Source: an uncultured Arcobacteraceae bacterium (lineage in GTDB: Bacteria; Campylobacterota; Campylobacteria; Campylobacterales; Arcobacteraceae). Taken from it: DNA of 64,000 nucleotides. The translations under genes were made by a program, and so were the position numbers. Within the stretch, counting starts at the first letter, position 1; each line of letters begins with the position of its first letter. Where the stretch lies: NCBI GenBank assembly GCA_964342525.1, contig CAYFGQ010000013.1, positions 477 to 64,476 of the forward strand, read 5' to 3'. Below are positions 38,213 to 48,851 of the stretch, in pieces. Below the pieces are notes generated by a model. It saw only the letters and a list, made by a program, of their open reading frames with translations. It had not been told where the DNA came from and searched no databases.

Positions 38213-39952
38213 TTACGATAAAAACCCTACAGATTTATCAGAATCAAACATAGACTTTTTCTCTTTCTCTATTTGATCTATAAATGTTTTTGTGTTAAAT
38301 ATTGGTTCATCTTTTACAGCCATTTCATAGGCTGTATTTTTTATGATCATCTCAATTTGTCCACCTGTTAGATTATGTTCAGATAATTTATCAAAATTTA
38401 AATCATCTGAGATTGGTAATTTTTCTGGAAGTAAAGTTTTCCATAATGTTACTCTTTGCTCTTTGTTTGGTTTTTCAAATTCTATTTTATAGTTGAATCT
38501 TCTTGAAAATGCTTTATCAATATTTTCAAGTAGATTTGTTGTAGCTATTAAGATTCCATCAAATCTTTCTATTTGCTCTAAGAAGATATTTTGCATTTGA
38601 TTGTGCATTTTATCACTTCCACTCATGGCATCTGTTGATCTTGAGCTTAAAAATTGATCTGCTTCATTTAAAAGTAAGATAGGTTCACTCTTTGACTTTT
38701 CTACAAGTTCTTTATATTTATCAAAAATACCTCTAACATTTTTTTCACTCTCTCCTACATACATGGAAAGGATTTTACTACAATCAAAACTTATGATATC
38801 TTTTTTAAGTGAATTAGCTAAAGCTAATGAGGTGATAGTTTTACCAGTTCCAGCTGCACCGTAAAAAATGATCTTTGAATCGATCCCTTTTCTTTTATCT
38901 TTTATACCCCATTTTTTTAAACGGCTTATTACATTTCTATCCATTTGTGAAATAAGAGTATTTAAAACTTCTCTTGTTTTTGGATTTAAAACTATTTCAT
39001 CTAAAGATCTTTTTGTACTAACTAATTCAAAGGTATTTTGTTCTTCAATTAATTTATCTAGTTTAACTTTTCTTTTTCTAGTTTGTTTTTTTACTGGGTG
39101 GGAGATTTTATAAAGTATCTCATCTGGGATATAAAAGTTTCTAGTGATTCCACCAAAAGGTGTAAGCATTTCATCATAATCTAAAAGATTGTTTGAAAGG
39201 AGTTTCGAGTTTTCTTCAAGTAAAGATCTATGTTTGATCTTCTCATAATCATCATTTGAAATCAAGTTGATTAAAGAGTTCATATCACGAAACTGCTCGT
39301 CTCCACCTGCATATTCTTCTTTTAATAAAGTCAAGAATATCATCTGTTCTTTATCACTTAAATCATGTTCTTTAAAGAAGCTTTCAATCATAATACCTGT
39401 ATCTGTTACTGCTACTCTTTCTTTGATTCTATTATCAAGAAGCATCAATTTTGATTTTAGTCTATTAGCATTTGGTGAACTATCATCAAAATTGTGTTTG
39501 ATCACATTTAGTTTTTGAGCAAGATCTATTTTAAAAAATTGATCTTGCAGATATTCAAGGTGATCATTATATTGTGTGATATCAGGAAGTACAAATTCTA
39601 GATTGCCCTCTTCTAGAAGTTTTAAAAATGAGATACTTAATGAAACAGATGTATTTATCAGTTCTAGATTTGATATTTCATTTAGTTTTATATGGTGAAA
39701 ATTGTTTCCTACAATCCATCCAAGTTCAAGTAGATTTTTAATAAGAAAGATTTTATCTATATGTTCATAGTTTTTAGTATCATAAAACTCTGCTAAGATA
39801 TCCACAACCATAAGATTATCATTTCCAACAATATATTGTTTTGTCATATATTGAAGTAATTTAGCTTCATCAAGATCACATTTTAATTGTAAATATATCT
39901 CTAGTGATTCAAGTTTGTCAGTTTTGATAAACTCTAAGATACTTTTTGACAT
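38213..39952 (-). CDS. AAA+ ATPase (classic-clade single AAA module) with a ~340-aa uncharacterised N-terminal region
   Basis: Walker A GAAGTGKT, Walker B ILLLNEADQF, sensor ATTN and arginine-finger FSRRF are present. The start abuts the nfo stop with a 0-nt gap. Confidence 0.8.
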   Translation of the reverse strand: MSKSILEFIKTDKLESLEIYLQLKCDLDEAKLLQYMTKQYIVGNDNLMVVDILAEFYDTKNYEHIDKIFLIKNLLELGWIVGNNFHHIKLNEISNLELINTSVSLSISFLKLLEEGNLEFVLPDITQYNDHLEYLQDQFFKIDLAQKLNVIKHNFDDSSPNANRLKSKLMLLDNRIKERVAVTDTGIMIESFFKEHDLSDKEQMIFLTLLKEEYAGGDEQFRDMNSLINLISNDDYEKIKHRSLLEENSKLLSNNLLDYDEMLTPFGGITRNFYIPDEILYKISHPVKKQTRKRKVKLDKLIEEQNTFELVSTKRSLDEIVLNPKTREVLNTLISQMDRNVISRLKKWGIKDKRKGIDSKIIFYGAAGTGKTITSLALANSLKKDIISFDCSKILSMYVGESEKNVRGIFDKYKELVEKSKSEPILLLNEADQFLSSRSTDAMSGSDKMHNQMQNIFLEQIERFDGILIATTNLLENIDKAFSRRFNYKIEFEKPNKEQRVTLWKTLLPEKLPISDDLNFDKLSEHNLTGGQIEMIIKNTAYEMAVKDEPIFNTKTFIDQIEKEKKSMFDSDKSVGFLS

Positions 39953-40837
39953 CTATTTACCCACAAGATTATACATATCTTTAATCTCTTGAGACCAGAT
40001 AGTTTCATCTATGGTTTCAAGTACTAAAGGTATATCATCCATTCTAGGATCATTCATAATATATGAAAAAGCATCCCAACCAATTTCACCCTCACCTAAA
40101 GAATGATGTCTATCTACTCTAGAACCTAATGGTGGTTTAGAATCATTTATATGCATCCCTTTTAAAAACTCAGATCCAACGATCTTATCAAAATCACTCC
40201 AAGTTTTATCGTATGCCTCACGTGTTCTAATATCATATCCAGCTGTAAACATATGACAGGTATCAATACAAACACCTACCCTACTTTTATCTTCAACCTT
40301 ATCAATGATATGGGCTAGGTGTTCAAACTTATATCCTAGGTTTGTTCCTTGTCCTGCTGTATTTTCTATAACTGCACAAACTCCATCTGTTTTATCTAAA
40401 GCAATATTGATTGATTCTGCAATTACATCTAGACACTCTAATTCTGCTCCATAAATAAGGTCATCATAATTCTCTGCTCTTTTAGAGAATTTTTGAAGGT
40501 GACTTCCCGGATGAAAATTTAATCTATCTAGACCAAGTATTTCACATCTTTGCATCTCATCAATAAAAGCATTTCTACTTTTTATAAGTTTTTCCTCTTC
40601 TGGGTGTCCTAGGTTAATCAGATAAGAATCGTGAGGTAAGATATGTTTTGGCTCAATTCCACTCTCTTCTAAGTTTTTAAACCAAAGATCTAAGGTTTTA
40701 TTATCAAAAGGTTTTGCTTCCCATCTTTTTTGATTTTTTGTAAATAATGCAAAAGCTTTTGCTCCAATTTCTACTGCGTTTAATGGGGCATTAAAAACAC
40801 CACCTGTAGCACTTACATGTGCACCAACGTATTTCAT
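39953..40837 (-). CDS. nfo: Endonuclease IV (AP endonuclease)
   Basis: It starts [12 protein letters not shown], contains [16 protein letters not shown] and DTCH, and the C-terminus is VLET. Confidence 0.93.
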   Translation of the reverse strand: MKYVGAHVSATGGVFNAPLNAVEIGAKAFALFTKNQKRWEAKPFDNKTLDLWFKNLEESGIEPKHILPHDSYLINLGHPEEEKLIKSRNAFIDEMQRCEILGLDRLNFHPGSHLQKFSKRAENYDDLIYGAELECLDVIAESINIALDKTDGVCAVIENTAGQGTNLGYKFEHLAHIIDKVEDKSRVGVCIDTCHMFTAGYDIRTREAYDKTWSDFDKIVGSEFLKGMHINDSKPPLGSRVDRHHSLGEGEIGWDAFSYIMNDPRMDDIPLVLETIDETIWSQEIKDMYNLVGK

Positions 40838-41249
40838 TTCATTTCCTATTTAAAAGTAAATCCAAAAGTTCCATTTTTAGAGATACCTTGATTGATTTTG
40901 AAAAAAATCATACAAAAATACATCTTTAAAGCAAATTACTCTAATTTATTAATAGTGGAACTAAATATGTATAAGAAAAAGAGAATGAAAAGTTTTTCTT
41001 ATATTACAAAAGGTGACAAATTATTTTAAATTAATAAATTTTTTTTGTATTTTTTAAGGTATAAAACTATAAAAAACTTTCTTGAAGTACCATAAAACCG
41101 ACAGTTATTAAAAGTTTTAAAAATATTGATAATATATGTTTTACTTATATTTCAATTAAGATTTTTTCTGCTACAATATTGGCTTTTTAAAACAGACTAA
41201 CATTCATCGAAGAAAAGAGATAGGAAAAAACAGCACAGAGAGGAACCCT

Positions 41250-42449
41250 ATGGATAAAGTTGTAATTATAGGTGGTGGATATGCAGGAATATATGCACTT
41301 AGAGAACTAGTAAAAGAAAAAAATATCAAGATCACATTAATTGATAAACACACTTATCATAATCTTCAACCTGAGGTTTATGATTTAATCGCAAACAAAT
41401 CAAATATGGCAGATGTAACAGTAGATTTAACTACTCTATGTTTAGGTTTTAATCACCCATATTTAGAATTCAAAAATCTAAAAGTAAGACAAATTGATCA
41501 AGAGAAGAAAAAAATCTATACAGAAGAAAAAGAGATAGTAGATTTTGATTATCTTGTAATGGCTGCAGGAACAAGAACATTTTTCCCACCAGTTGTATCT
41601 GGACTTAATAATGCAGATGATATTAAAAAACTTCACAATGCTATTTTCTTTAAACAAAAGTTTGAAACAGAATTATTTAAAAAGATTAGAGATGAAGCTA
41701 GAGCATGTGCACAAACTCATATTGTTGTAGTTGGTGCAGGTCTTTCAGGAGTTGAGATTGCTGCAGAGATGGCATATAACTCAAGAAAATTCTTTGAAAG
41801 AGGAAACTTCTCATGTGATAATATTGATATTTCACTTATTAGTAGTTCTGATACAATTTTACCAGGACTTACACCTGAGCTTATTAGAATCTCACACAAT
41901 AGATTAAAATCTCTAGGGATTAATGTAATCACAAATACAAAACTTCAAAAATGTGAAGATGAATATGCTCACCTTTCAAATGGTACAAAAATTCACTACT
42001 CTTTCTTAATCTTTACAGGTGGTATAGAAGCTTCAACAATTACATCTGAACTTGATGTTGCTAAAAATGGTAGAGGTCAAATTATCGTAAATGAATATAT
42101 GCAAACTGATAAATATCCAAATATTTTTGCTATTGGTGATATGGCTGAGATCAAAAATGATAAGGGTGAGATTATGCCACCAAATGTAACTATTGCTAGA
42201 CTTACAGGTACAAACTGTGGTAAAAATATTTTAAATATCATCAAAAAAAGAAAACTAGTTAAATGTAAACCAAAATTAGAAGGTATCCTAATCGCTCTTG
42301 GTGGAAAATATGCTGCTGGTAACCTATATGATTTAGTTCATGTAAAAGGTAGACTTGCATATGAGATTAAACACCATGTATTTAAATCTTATAGAGCTCC
42401 ACTATTAAAGCTTATCAAAGCTGGATATAATAAACTTAAAAAATCATAG
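41250..42449 (+). CDS. NDH-2-like FAD/NAD(P)-dependent oxidoreductase
   Basis: Two Rossmann GxGxxG motifs (VIIGGGYAG and VVVGAGLSG) and FAIGDMA are present. Confidence 0.78.
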   Translation: MDKVVIIGGGYAGIYALRELVKEKNIKITLIDKHTYHNLQPEVYDLIANKSNMADVTVDLTTLCLGFNHPYLEFKNLKVRQIDQEKKKIYTEEKEIVDFDYLVMAAGTRTFFPPVVSGLNNADDIKKLHNAIFFKQKFETELFKKIRDEARACAQTHIVVVGAGLSGVEIAAEMAYNSRKFFERGNFSCDNIDISLISSSDTILPGLTPELIRISHNRLKSLGINVITNTKLQKCEDEYAHLSNGTKIHYSFLIFTGGIEASTITSELDVAKNGRGQIIVNEYMQTDKYPNIFAIGDMAEIKNDKGEIMPPNVTIARLTGTNCGKNILNIIKKRKLVKCKPKLEGILIALGGKYAAGNLYDLVHVKGRLAYEIKHHVFKSYRAPLLKLIKAGYNKLKKS

Positions 42450-42455
42450 AAGACT

Positions 42456-42731
42456 TTAGTCTTTTATGATCTTAATTAAAATCCTTTTTTCCCTATCCCT
42501 AAAAACAATTTTTTTATCTTCACGATCAAAAAGATCTTTTATAAAACTATCTTCATAAGATTCATCTAAAAACTCTTTATTAAATGATTTTAATGATTGG
42601 CATTGTAAAGTTCCTTTACAAATATTATCTTTGTATATATCTAAACTTAGTATGGTTGTACCAGCGCTTAGTATTTCAACTTTAGTATAATCTTTATATC
42701 TAGTGATAAAACCTTTATCATAATATTTCAT
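42456..42731 (-). CDS. Hypothetical protein, possibly a lipoprotein whose true start lies upstream (up to 42836)
   Basis: The frame stays open 38 codons upstream of the annotated ATG. That stretch encodes IKIIFYLLIPFLFTAC (signal peptide plus lipobox L-F-T-A-C) but contains no ATG, GTG or TTG. Confidence 0.45.
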   Translation of the reverse strand: MKYYDKGFITRYKDYTKVEILSAGTTILSLDIYKDNICKGTLQCQSLKSFNKEFLDESYEDSFIKDLFDREDKKIVFRDREKRILIKIIKD

Positions 42732-42947
42732 AGCAGGACTTTTAATTAGGATAGTTGCCGTTGATTTTATTTGGGGTTGTTCTTTAAGACATGCTGTAAA
42801 TAAAAAAGGGATTAATAAATAAAATATAATCTTGATAGCTAATCCTTTGCTTTAAAAAGTTTTACTATAATACACAAAAATTAATAAAGGGAATCTCTAA
42901 AAAATAAATATGTTTTATTTTTTATAATTTTCCTCAAAAGGTATAGA

Positions 42948-44021
42948 TTGTTAGTTCATATTTGTTGTGCTGTTGATTCACACTACTTTATAGAAAAAAT
43001 CATGGAAGAGTATCCCGATGAAAAAATAGTATGTTTTTTTTACGATCCAAATATTCATCCATATAATGAATATAGATTAAGATATTTAGATGTTGAGTAT
43101 TCATGTAAAAAATTAGGTATAGAATTGATTGAAGGTCCTTATAATCTTGAGCAGTGGCTAAAAAATGTAAAAGGAATGGAGCATGAACCTGAAAAAGGTG
43201 ATAGATGTACTGTATGTTTTGATGATAGACTTGAAGTTAGTGTAAAAAAAGCCTTAGAGCTTGGACATGATAAATTTACAACTACCCTACTCATCTCTCC
43301 TAAAAAATCTCAAGATAAACTTGAAAAGATTGGTGCTGAGTTATCTCAAAAGTATCCTTGTGAATTTATTTTTAAAGATTATAGAAGTGGACAAGGAACA
43401 CAAATACAAGGTCAAGTGGTAAAAGAACACTCCTTATATAGACAAAATTATTGTGGCTGTTTATTTGGACTTACACAACAAAGGGATCAACAAGATAAAC
43501 TTATGGATGAGATGATAAGCCCTATTTCCAATCAAATACTACCTGACTCCATAGAAGAAAGACTTGAATTATATCAAAAAAGAAATGAGCTAGAAGAAAA
43601 TGGAATTCCATATAAGATCATAAAACAAAGATTTTTAAACTACAGATTATTAAGTGGAAAAGTAAAATTAGATAAAAAAACCATCCCTTCTTATATACTT
43701 TTTTACTCTACCCTACGTAATAAAAGGATGAACGGTAGAGTTGAATTTGAAAAAGATGGTGTATCTTATTTGAACCGTGATGAAGTAAAATTAGTAAATT
43801 TAGAAACGATTAATACATATTTAAATACAAATTATAATACAACTAAAGATATGATTTTAAATCCACCAAAGATTGAGAATGAGTTAGCTTTTAGAGAAAA
43901 AATTTCTGGGTCTAAATACGATATATCAACAATTGTAATTGTAGATGATATACAAACTGGAAAATATGAGATAGAGATAAATTCAAAACTATATGAAGAT
44001 GTAAAAGAGGTAATTATATGA
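42948..44021 (+). CDS. queH: Epoxyqueuosine reductase QueH (DUF208) with a ~165-aa C-terminal extension
   Basis: It uses a TTG start. The motifs are HICCAVDS, GDRCTVCF and QNYCGCLFG (Cys ligand pattern of QueH). Residues ~190-357 show no family I recognise. Confidence 0.72.
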   Translation: MLVHICCAVDSHYFIEKIMEEYPDEKIVCFFYDPNIHPYNEYRLRYLDVEYSCKKLGIELIEGPYNLEQWLKNVKGMEHEPEKGDRCTVCFDDRLEVSVKKALELGHDKFTTTLLISPKKSQDKLEKIGAELSQKYPCEFIFKDYRSGQGTQIQGQVVKEHSLYRQNYCGCLFGLTQQRDQQDKLMDEMISPISNQILPDSIEERLELYQKRNELEENGIPYKIIKQRFLNYRLLSGKVKLDKKTIPSYILFYSTLRNKRMNGRVEFEKDGVSYLNRDEVKLVNLETINTYLNTNYNTTKDMILNPPKIENELAFREKISGSKYDISTIVIVDDIQTGKYEIEINSKLYEDVKEVII

Positions 44022-45070
44022 AAAAGAAAATACTTGTAAGTGCTTTAGAGCCATCAGCAAATTTACACTTAGGTGAGCTTTTAAAACATCTTGATGATGT
44101 GGAGTTGTCTGGAATTTTTGATTCAAGATTTGGAAAACCAAATTATGATCTTAGCTCTATGGCTATAATGGGATTTGTTGATGCTATAAAAAAATTACCT
44201 TTTTTATTGAAGTTAAATTCACAAATGGCTGACTTAGCAAAAGATGTGGATGTGATACTTTTGATGGATGGATCAGGATTTAATCTACCTCTAGCAAAAA
44301 AAGTAAAAGAAAGATATCCTGATAAAAAAATTATCTATTATATTTTACCTCAAGCATGGGCTTGGAAAAAAGGAAGGATTCCAAAGATAGAAAAATTTTG
44401 TGATAAACTTTGCTCTATTTTACCTTTTGAAAAAGATTTTTATAATAAAAAAGAGATGATTGAATATGTTGGCCACCCTCTTCTTGATGAGCTTACTTTT
44501 TTCAAAGATGAGATAGAATCCACAGGTAAAATTGTATTTATGCCAGGAAGTAGAAAAAAAGAGATTACCTCAAATATGCCAGTTTTTAGACTAATAGCAA
44601 AAGAGCTAAAAAAAGATAAAAAACTACAAGTTGTAATTCCAGCAAAATTTGATGAAAACTATATCAAAAACAACTATGGCGATCTAAGTGATTTTGAAAT
44701 TGTAAATGATACAAATAAAGCTTTGGTTGAAGCAGAATTTGCATTTATATGTAGTGGAACAGCAACTTTAGAATCTGCACTTATAGGTACACCTTTTGTA
44801 CTTTCATATGTAGCAAATTCTATAGATTATTTTATAGGTTCAAAACTAGTAAAAATAAAATACATAGGTCTAGCAAATATCTTTTTTGACAAAATGGGAG
44901 AAGAACCTTTACATAAAGAGTATGTACAAGAGGCAGTAACTAAAGAGAATTTATTAGCAGAATATCACAATATGGATAGGGAAAAATACTTAGAAAAGAG
45001 TAAAAAACTTAGGGAGTATTTAGTCTCAGGAAGTTCAGCTAATGTAGCAAATATAATAAAAGAAATTTAA
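44018..45070 (+). CDS. lpxB: Lipid-A-disaccharide synthase
   Basis: The N-terminus ILVSALEPSANLHLGELL and a GT19-typical length are present. The gene sits among lipid A genes. Confidence 0.86.
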   Translation: MKKKILVSALEPSANLHLGELLKHLDDVELSGIFDSRFGKPNYDLSSMAIMGFVDAIKKLPFLLKLNSQMADLAKDVDVILLMDGSGFNLPLAKKVKERYPDKKIIYYILPQAWAWKKGRIPKIEKFCDKLCSILPFEKDFYNKKEMIEYVGHPLLDELTFFKDEIESTGKIVFMPGSRKKEITSNMPVFRLIAKELKKDKKLQVVIPAKFDENYIKNNYGDLSDFEIVNDTNKALVEAEFAFICSGTATLESALIGTPFVLSYVANSIDYFIGSKLVKIKYIGLANIFFDKMGEEPLHKEYVQEAVTKENLLAEYHNMDREKYLEKSKKLREYLVSGSSANVANIIKEI

Positions 45071-45119
45071 AGCTATGCAATAAACTTCTTTTGTGTTATT
45101 GCATTCAATAGAAATGCCG

Positions 45120-45154
45120 ATCACTATAGCTATAAGTTGTTATAGTGATTTTTT
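45120..45154 (+). terminator. Rho-independent terminator after lpxB
   Basis: ATCACTATA-N12-TATAGTGAT forms a 9-bp stem followed by T6. A second 9-bp hairpin (ATGCAATAA/TTATTGCAT) precedes it at 45075-45104. Confidence 0.7.
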
Positions 45155-45335
45155 ATAATTTTAAATACTAAGTTCCATTACTAAAATCATTGAAATTTTA
45201 TATTTCTCTATCCCCTATTCCATCAGAAAAGTTTTTACTTTTTAGCTTTTAGATTTTCCTTTAAAAACCCCTAAACACTTTTAAATCATAATTTAGATAA
45301 AATATTTAGAAATTTATTAAATAAGGCAATATATT

Positions 45336-45779
45336 ATGATCGATGTTATGCAAATTCAAGAGATTCTTCCTCACAGATATCCATTTCTTTTAGTTGATAG
45401 GGTAACTGATATGAAAGAGGGTGAGTATATCCATGCATATAAAAATGTTTCAATCAGTGAACCAGTATTTCAAGGGCATTTCCCAGATCATCCAATCTAT
45501 CCAGGTGTAATGATCCTAGAAGGGATGGCTCAAGCGGGTGGAATTATCGCATTTAAAAGTGGTGGTTTAACACTTGAAGAATTACAACAAAAAGTTATGT
45601 ACTTTATGAGTATTGATAAAGCTAAATTTAGAGCACCTGTAAGACCAGGTGATAGATTAGATTATAAAATAGAAGTTTTAAAACTAAGAGGAAATCTAAT
45701 CGTTCTTGGTGGAAAAGCTTATGTTGATGATGCTCTTGTTGCTGAAGCTGAATTAAAAGCTATGATAGTGGATAAATAA
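45336..45779 (+). CDS. fabZ: 3-hydroxyacyl-ACP dehydratase
   Basis: [14 protein letters not shown] and [22 protein letters not shown] are present. Confidence 0.95.
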   Translation: MIDVMQIQEILPHRYPFLLVDRVTDMKEGEYIHAYKNVSISEPVFQGHFPDHPIYPGVMILEGMAQAGGIIAFKSGGLTLEELQQKVMYFMSIDKAKFRAPVRPGDRLDYKIEVLKLRGNLIVLGGKAYVDDALVAEAELKAMIVDK

Positions 45780-45790
45780 GAAGGTCTATT

Positions 45791-46573
45791 ATGAGTTTAA
45801 TCCACCCTACTGCAATAATTGATGAAAATGCAAAAATTGGTGAGAACGTAAAGATTGGTGCATATAGTGTAATTGGTCCTGAAGTAACTATTGGTGATGG
45901 AACAGTTATTTCAACGCATGTTTTAATTGAAGGTAAAACAACTATAGGTAAAGATAATCAAATCTTTTCCCATGCTGTTTTAGGTTCAATCCCTCAAGAT
46001 TTAAAATTTCACGGTGAAGATGTTGAATTAATCATTGGTGATAGAAATAAAATAAGAGAACATGTCTTATTTAATCCTGGTACAGAAGGTGGAGGGAGTA
46101 TTACCAAAATAGGTAATGATAACCTTTTTATGGGACATGTTCATTTAGGTCATGATTGTATTTTTGCAGATAATATTGTAGTTGCAAACTCTTGTGCAAT
46201 TGCAGGGCATGTTGAAGTTGATTCAAATGTAGTAATTGGTGGAATGAGTGCTATACATCAATTTGTAAAAGTTGGAACAGGTGTAATGATCGGTGGGGGA
46301 GCTATTGTAATTCAAGATATCCCTCCATATTGTTTAGCTGAGGGAAATCGTGCAGTTCTTAGGGGGCTAAATATCAATGGTCTTAGAAGAAAAATGAAAG
46401 ATAGATCTCAAATAGATGCTATAAAAAATGCTTATAAAGAATTATTTACAAGTGGTAGACCTCTTAGTGATGTGGTAAATGAACTTTTAGAGTCATCATC
46501 AAATGAGTTTGTAAAAGCTATGGCGAAATTTGTAAGCGAAACAAAAAGGGGTATCCCTTTTGAGAGAAAGTAA
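45791..46573 (+). CDS. lpxA: UDP-N-acetylglucosamine acyltransferase
   Basis: Hexapeptide repeats begin at IHPTAIID, and the C-terminal helical domain is present. Confidence 0.93.
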   Translation: MSLIHPTAIIDENAKIGENVKIGAYSVIGPEVTIGDGTVISTHVLIEGKTTIGKDNQIFSHAVLGSIPQDLKFHGEDVELIIGDRNKIREHVLFNPGTEGGGSITKIGNDNLFMGHVHLGHDCIFADNIVVANSCAIAGHVEVDSNVVIGGMSAIHQFVKVGTGVMIGGGAIVIQDIPPYCLAEGNRAVLRGLNINGLRRKMKDRSQIDAIKNAYKELFTSGRPLSDVVNELLESSSNEFVKAMAKFVSETKRGIPFERK

Positions 46574-46586
46574 TTAGGAAAAGTAT

Positions 46587-47819
46587 ATGAGTAAAGATTT
46601 GGTTTGTGATTTTTGTGGTGTGGAAGATACTCCCCAAAATCCTATAATATCTGGTGATAATTCAACCATTTGTAAAAGTTGTGCAAAATCAGCTTATGAG
46701 ATAATCTCTCAACATCAAGGTGAAAATACTGCCTTAGCTGTAAGTGAAACAAATACTAATGAAGAACCAAAAGAAGAGATGGTAGAGCTATTAGCTCCAG
46801 CTAAGTTAAAAGAGATTCTTGATAAATATGTAATTGGTCAAAATAGGGCTAAAAAAGTATTATCTGTAGCAGTATATAATCATTATAAAAGAATATTTAA
46901 AGACTTAGAAGATGATGATACAGAGTTAAATAAATCAAATGTATTATTAATAGGTCCTACAGGTAGTGGTAAAACTCTATTAGCACAAACAATTGCTAAG
47001 TATTTAGATGTACCCTTAGCTATCGCAGATGCGACAAGTTTAACAGAAGCAGGATATGTTGGAGATGATGTTGAAAATGTTGTTACTAGACTTATTCAAG
47101 CAGCTGATGGTGATGTGAAAAAAGCAGAGCAGGGGATTATCTTTATTGATGAGATTGATAAAGTAGCTAGAATGAGTGAAAATAGATCAATCACTAGAGA
47201 TGTTTCAGGTGAGGGTGTACAACAAGCCCTACTAAAAATCATTGAAGGTTCTCAAGTAAATGTTCCTCCAAAGGGTGGTAGAAAACATCCTGGTCAAGAT
47301 GCTATTGAAGTTGATACTACAAATATCCTATTTATTTGTGGTGGTGCTTTTGATGGACTTGAAGAGATTATCAAAAAAAGACAAGGTGGAAATACTTTAG
47401 GTTTCAATCAAGATAAAAAGGGTAAAAAAGAAGAAGATGATATCATCACTTTAGTTGAACCAGATGATCTTGTAAAATATGGACTTATTCCAGAGTTAAT
47501 CGGTAGGTTACATATGGTAGCAACTTTAAATGAAATCACTGAAGATGACATGGTTCACATTCTTACTCAGCCTAAAAATGCTTTAATTAAACAATACAAA
47601 AAACTATTCAAAATGGATAACGTAGAGCTTGATTTTGAAGAAGAAGCACTTAAAATGATAGCTAAAAAAGCACTGGAGAGAAAAACAGGTGCTAGGGGTC
47701 TTAGATCTATTTTAGAAGAGATTATGTTAGATTTTATGTACGATTTACCAGAGCTTGATGGTAAAAAGGTAAAGATCACTAAAAAGATGGTTGAAAAAAC
47801 AGAAGAAAAGGTGGCGTAG
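46587..47819 (+). CDS. clpX: ATP-dependent Clp protease ATP-binding subunit ClpX
   Basis: The zinc finger CDFCG...CKSC, Walker [20 protein letters not shown] and GARGLRS are present. Confidence 0.96.
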   Translation: MSKDLVCDFCGVEDTPQNPIISGDNSTICKSCAKSAYEIISQHQGENTALAVSETNTNEEPKEEMVELLAPAKLKEILDKYVIGQNRAKKVLSVAVYNHYKRIFKDLEDDDTELNKSNVLLIGPTGSGKTLLAQTIAKYLDVPLAIADATSLTEAGYVGDDVENVVTRLIQAADGDVKKAEQGIIFIDEIDKVARMSENRSITRDVSGEGVQQALLKIIEGSQVNVPPKGGRKHPGQDAIEVDTTNILFICGGAFDGLEEIIKKRQGGNTLGFNQDKKGKKEEDDIITLVEPDDLVKYGLIPELIGRLHMVATLNEITEDDMVHILTQPKNALIKQYKKLFKMDNVELDFEEEALKMIAKKALERKTGARGLRSILEEIMLDFMYDLPELDGKKVKITKKMVEKTEEKVA

Positions 47820-48851
47820 ATGGTTTTAGATAAGTTAATAGGTTTATTTTCAAATGATATGGCGATAGACCTTGGTACAGCAAATACAATTGTATCTGTA
47901 AGGGGACAGGGAATTATTATCAATGAGCCTTCAGTTGTTGCAGTTCAGCATGATAGATATGGAAAAGATAAAATCTTAGCTGTTGGTCAAGAGGCTAAAC
48001 AGATGATTGGTAAGACACCATTAAATATCCAAGCTGTTAGACCAATGAAAGATGGTGTTATTGCAGATTTTGAGATGACTGAGAGAATGATCAGATATTT
48101 CATTGAAAAAGCTCACCAAAGAAAATCTTTTGTTAGACCGAGAATCATTATCTGTATCCCTCATGGTATTACTCAAGTTGAGAGAAAAGCGGTAAAAGAA
48201 TCAGCTCTAAGTGCAGGTGCTAGGGAAGTATTTCTAGTAGAAGAGCCAATGGCAGCAGCTATTGGTGCAGGTATTCCTGTATCTGATCCTGATGGATATG
48301 TGGTAGTTGATATTGGTGGTGGTACTACTGAGATTGGTGTTACATCTCTTGGTGGACTTGTAATCTCTAAGTCTATTAAGGTTGCGGGGGATAGATTTGA
48401 TAAATCTATTGTAGAGTATGTAAGACAAAACTACAACCTTTATATTGGTGAGAGAACTGCTGAGGCAATCAAACTTGAAATTGGTACAGCTATCAAACTT
48501 GATAAAGAGCTTACTATTAAAGTAAAAGGTAGAGAAAACTCTGGACTACTTTCTACTATTGAGCTTGGAAGCGAAGGTGTTAGAGCTGCTATTAAAGAGC
48601 CTTTAAAAGAGATCGCAAGTGCTGTTAGACAAGTATTAGAGAATATGCCACCAGATTTAGCTGGTGATATTGTTGATAATGGTGTTATTTTAACAGGTGG
48701 GGGAGCTTTAATTAGAGGACTTGATGTTTATTTAGCAAGTATTATTAAACTTCCAGTAAAAGTTGCAGAAGAGCCACTTCTAGCAGTTGCATATGGTACT
48801 AGTAGAGTACTAGATGAGGATACTTTACTAAAACTTATCTCAAATGAGTAA
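47820..48851 (+). CDS. mreB: Rod shape-determining protein MreB
   Basis: The actin-fold motifs [17 protein letters not shown] and [12 protein letters not shown] are present. Confidence 0.96.
   Translation: MVLDKLIGLFSNDMAIDLGTANTIVSVRGQGIIINEPSVVAVQHDRYGKDKILAVGQEAKQMIGKTPLNIQAVRPMKDGVIADFEMTERMIRYFIEKAHQRKSFVRPRIIICIPHGITQVERKAVKESALSAGAREVFLVEEPMAAAIGAGIPVSDPDGYVVVDIGGGTTEIGVTSLGGLVISKSIKVAGDRFDKSIVEYVRQNYNLYIGERTAEAIKLEIGTAIKLDKELTIKVKGRENSGLLSTIELGSEGVRAAIKEPLKEIASAVRQVLENMPPDLAGDIVDNGVILTGGGALIRGLDVYLASIIKLPVKVAEEPLLAVAYGTSRVLDEDTLLKLISNE

Noticed and set aside
40838-41249. 412-bp intergenic region between nfo and the NDH-2-like gene, checked for a small RNA or ORF (for example the 19-codon MYKKKRMKSFSYITKGDKLF)
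   Set aside because: It is uniformly AT-rich, with no strong SD, no stable hairpins and no repeats. It is most simply a divergent promoter region.
47567-47923. 118-aa minus-strand ORF spanning the clpX/mreB junction
   Set aside because: It is antisense to two highly conserved genes and its composition is typical of a shadow frame.
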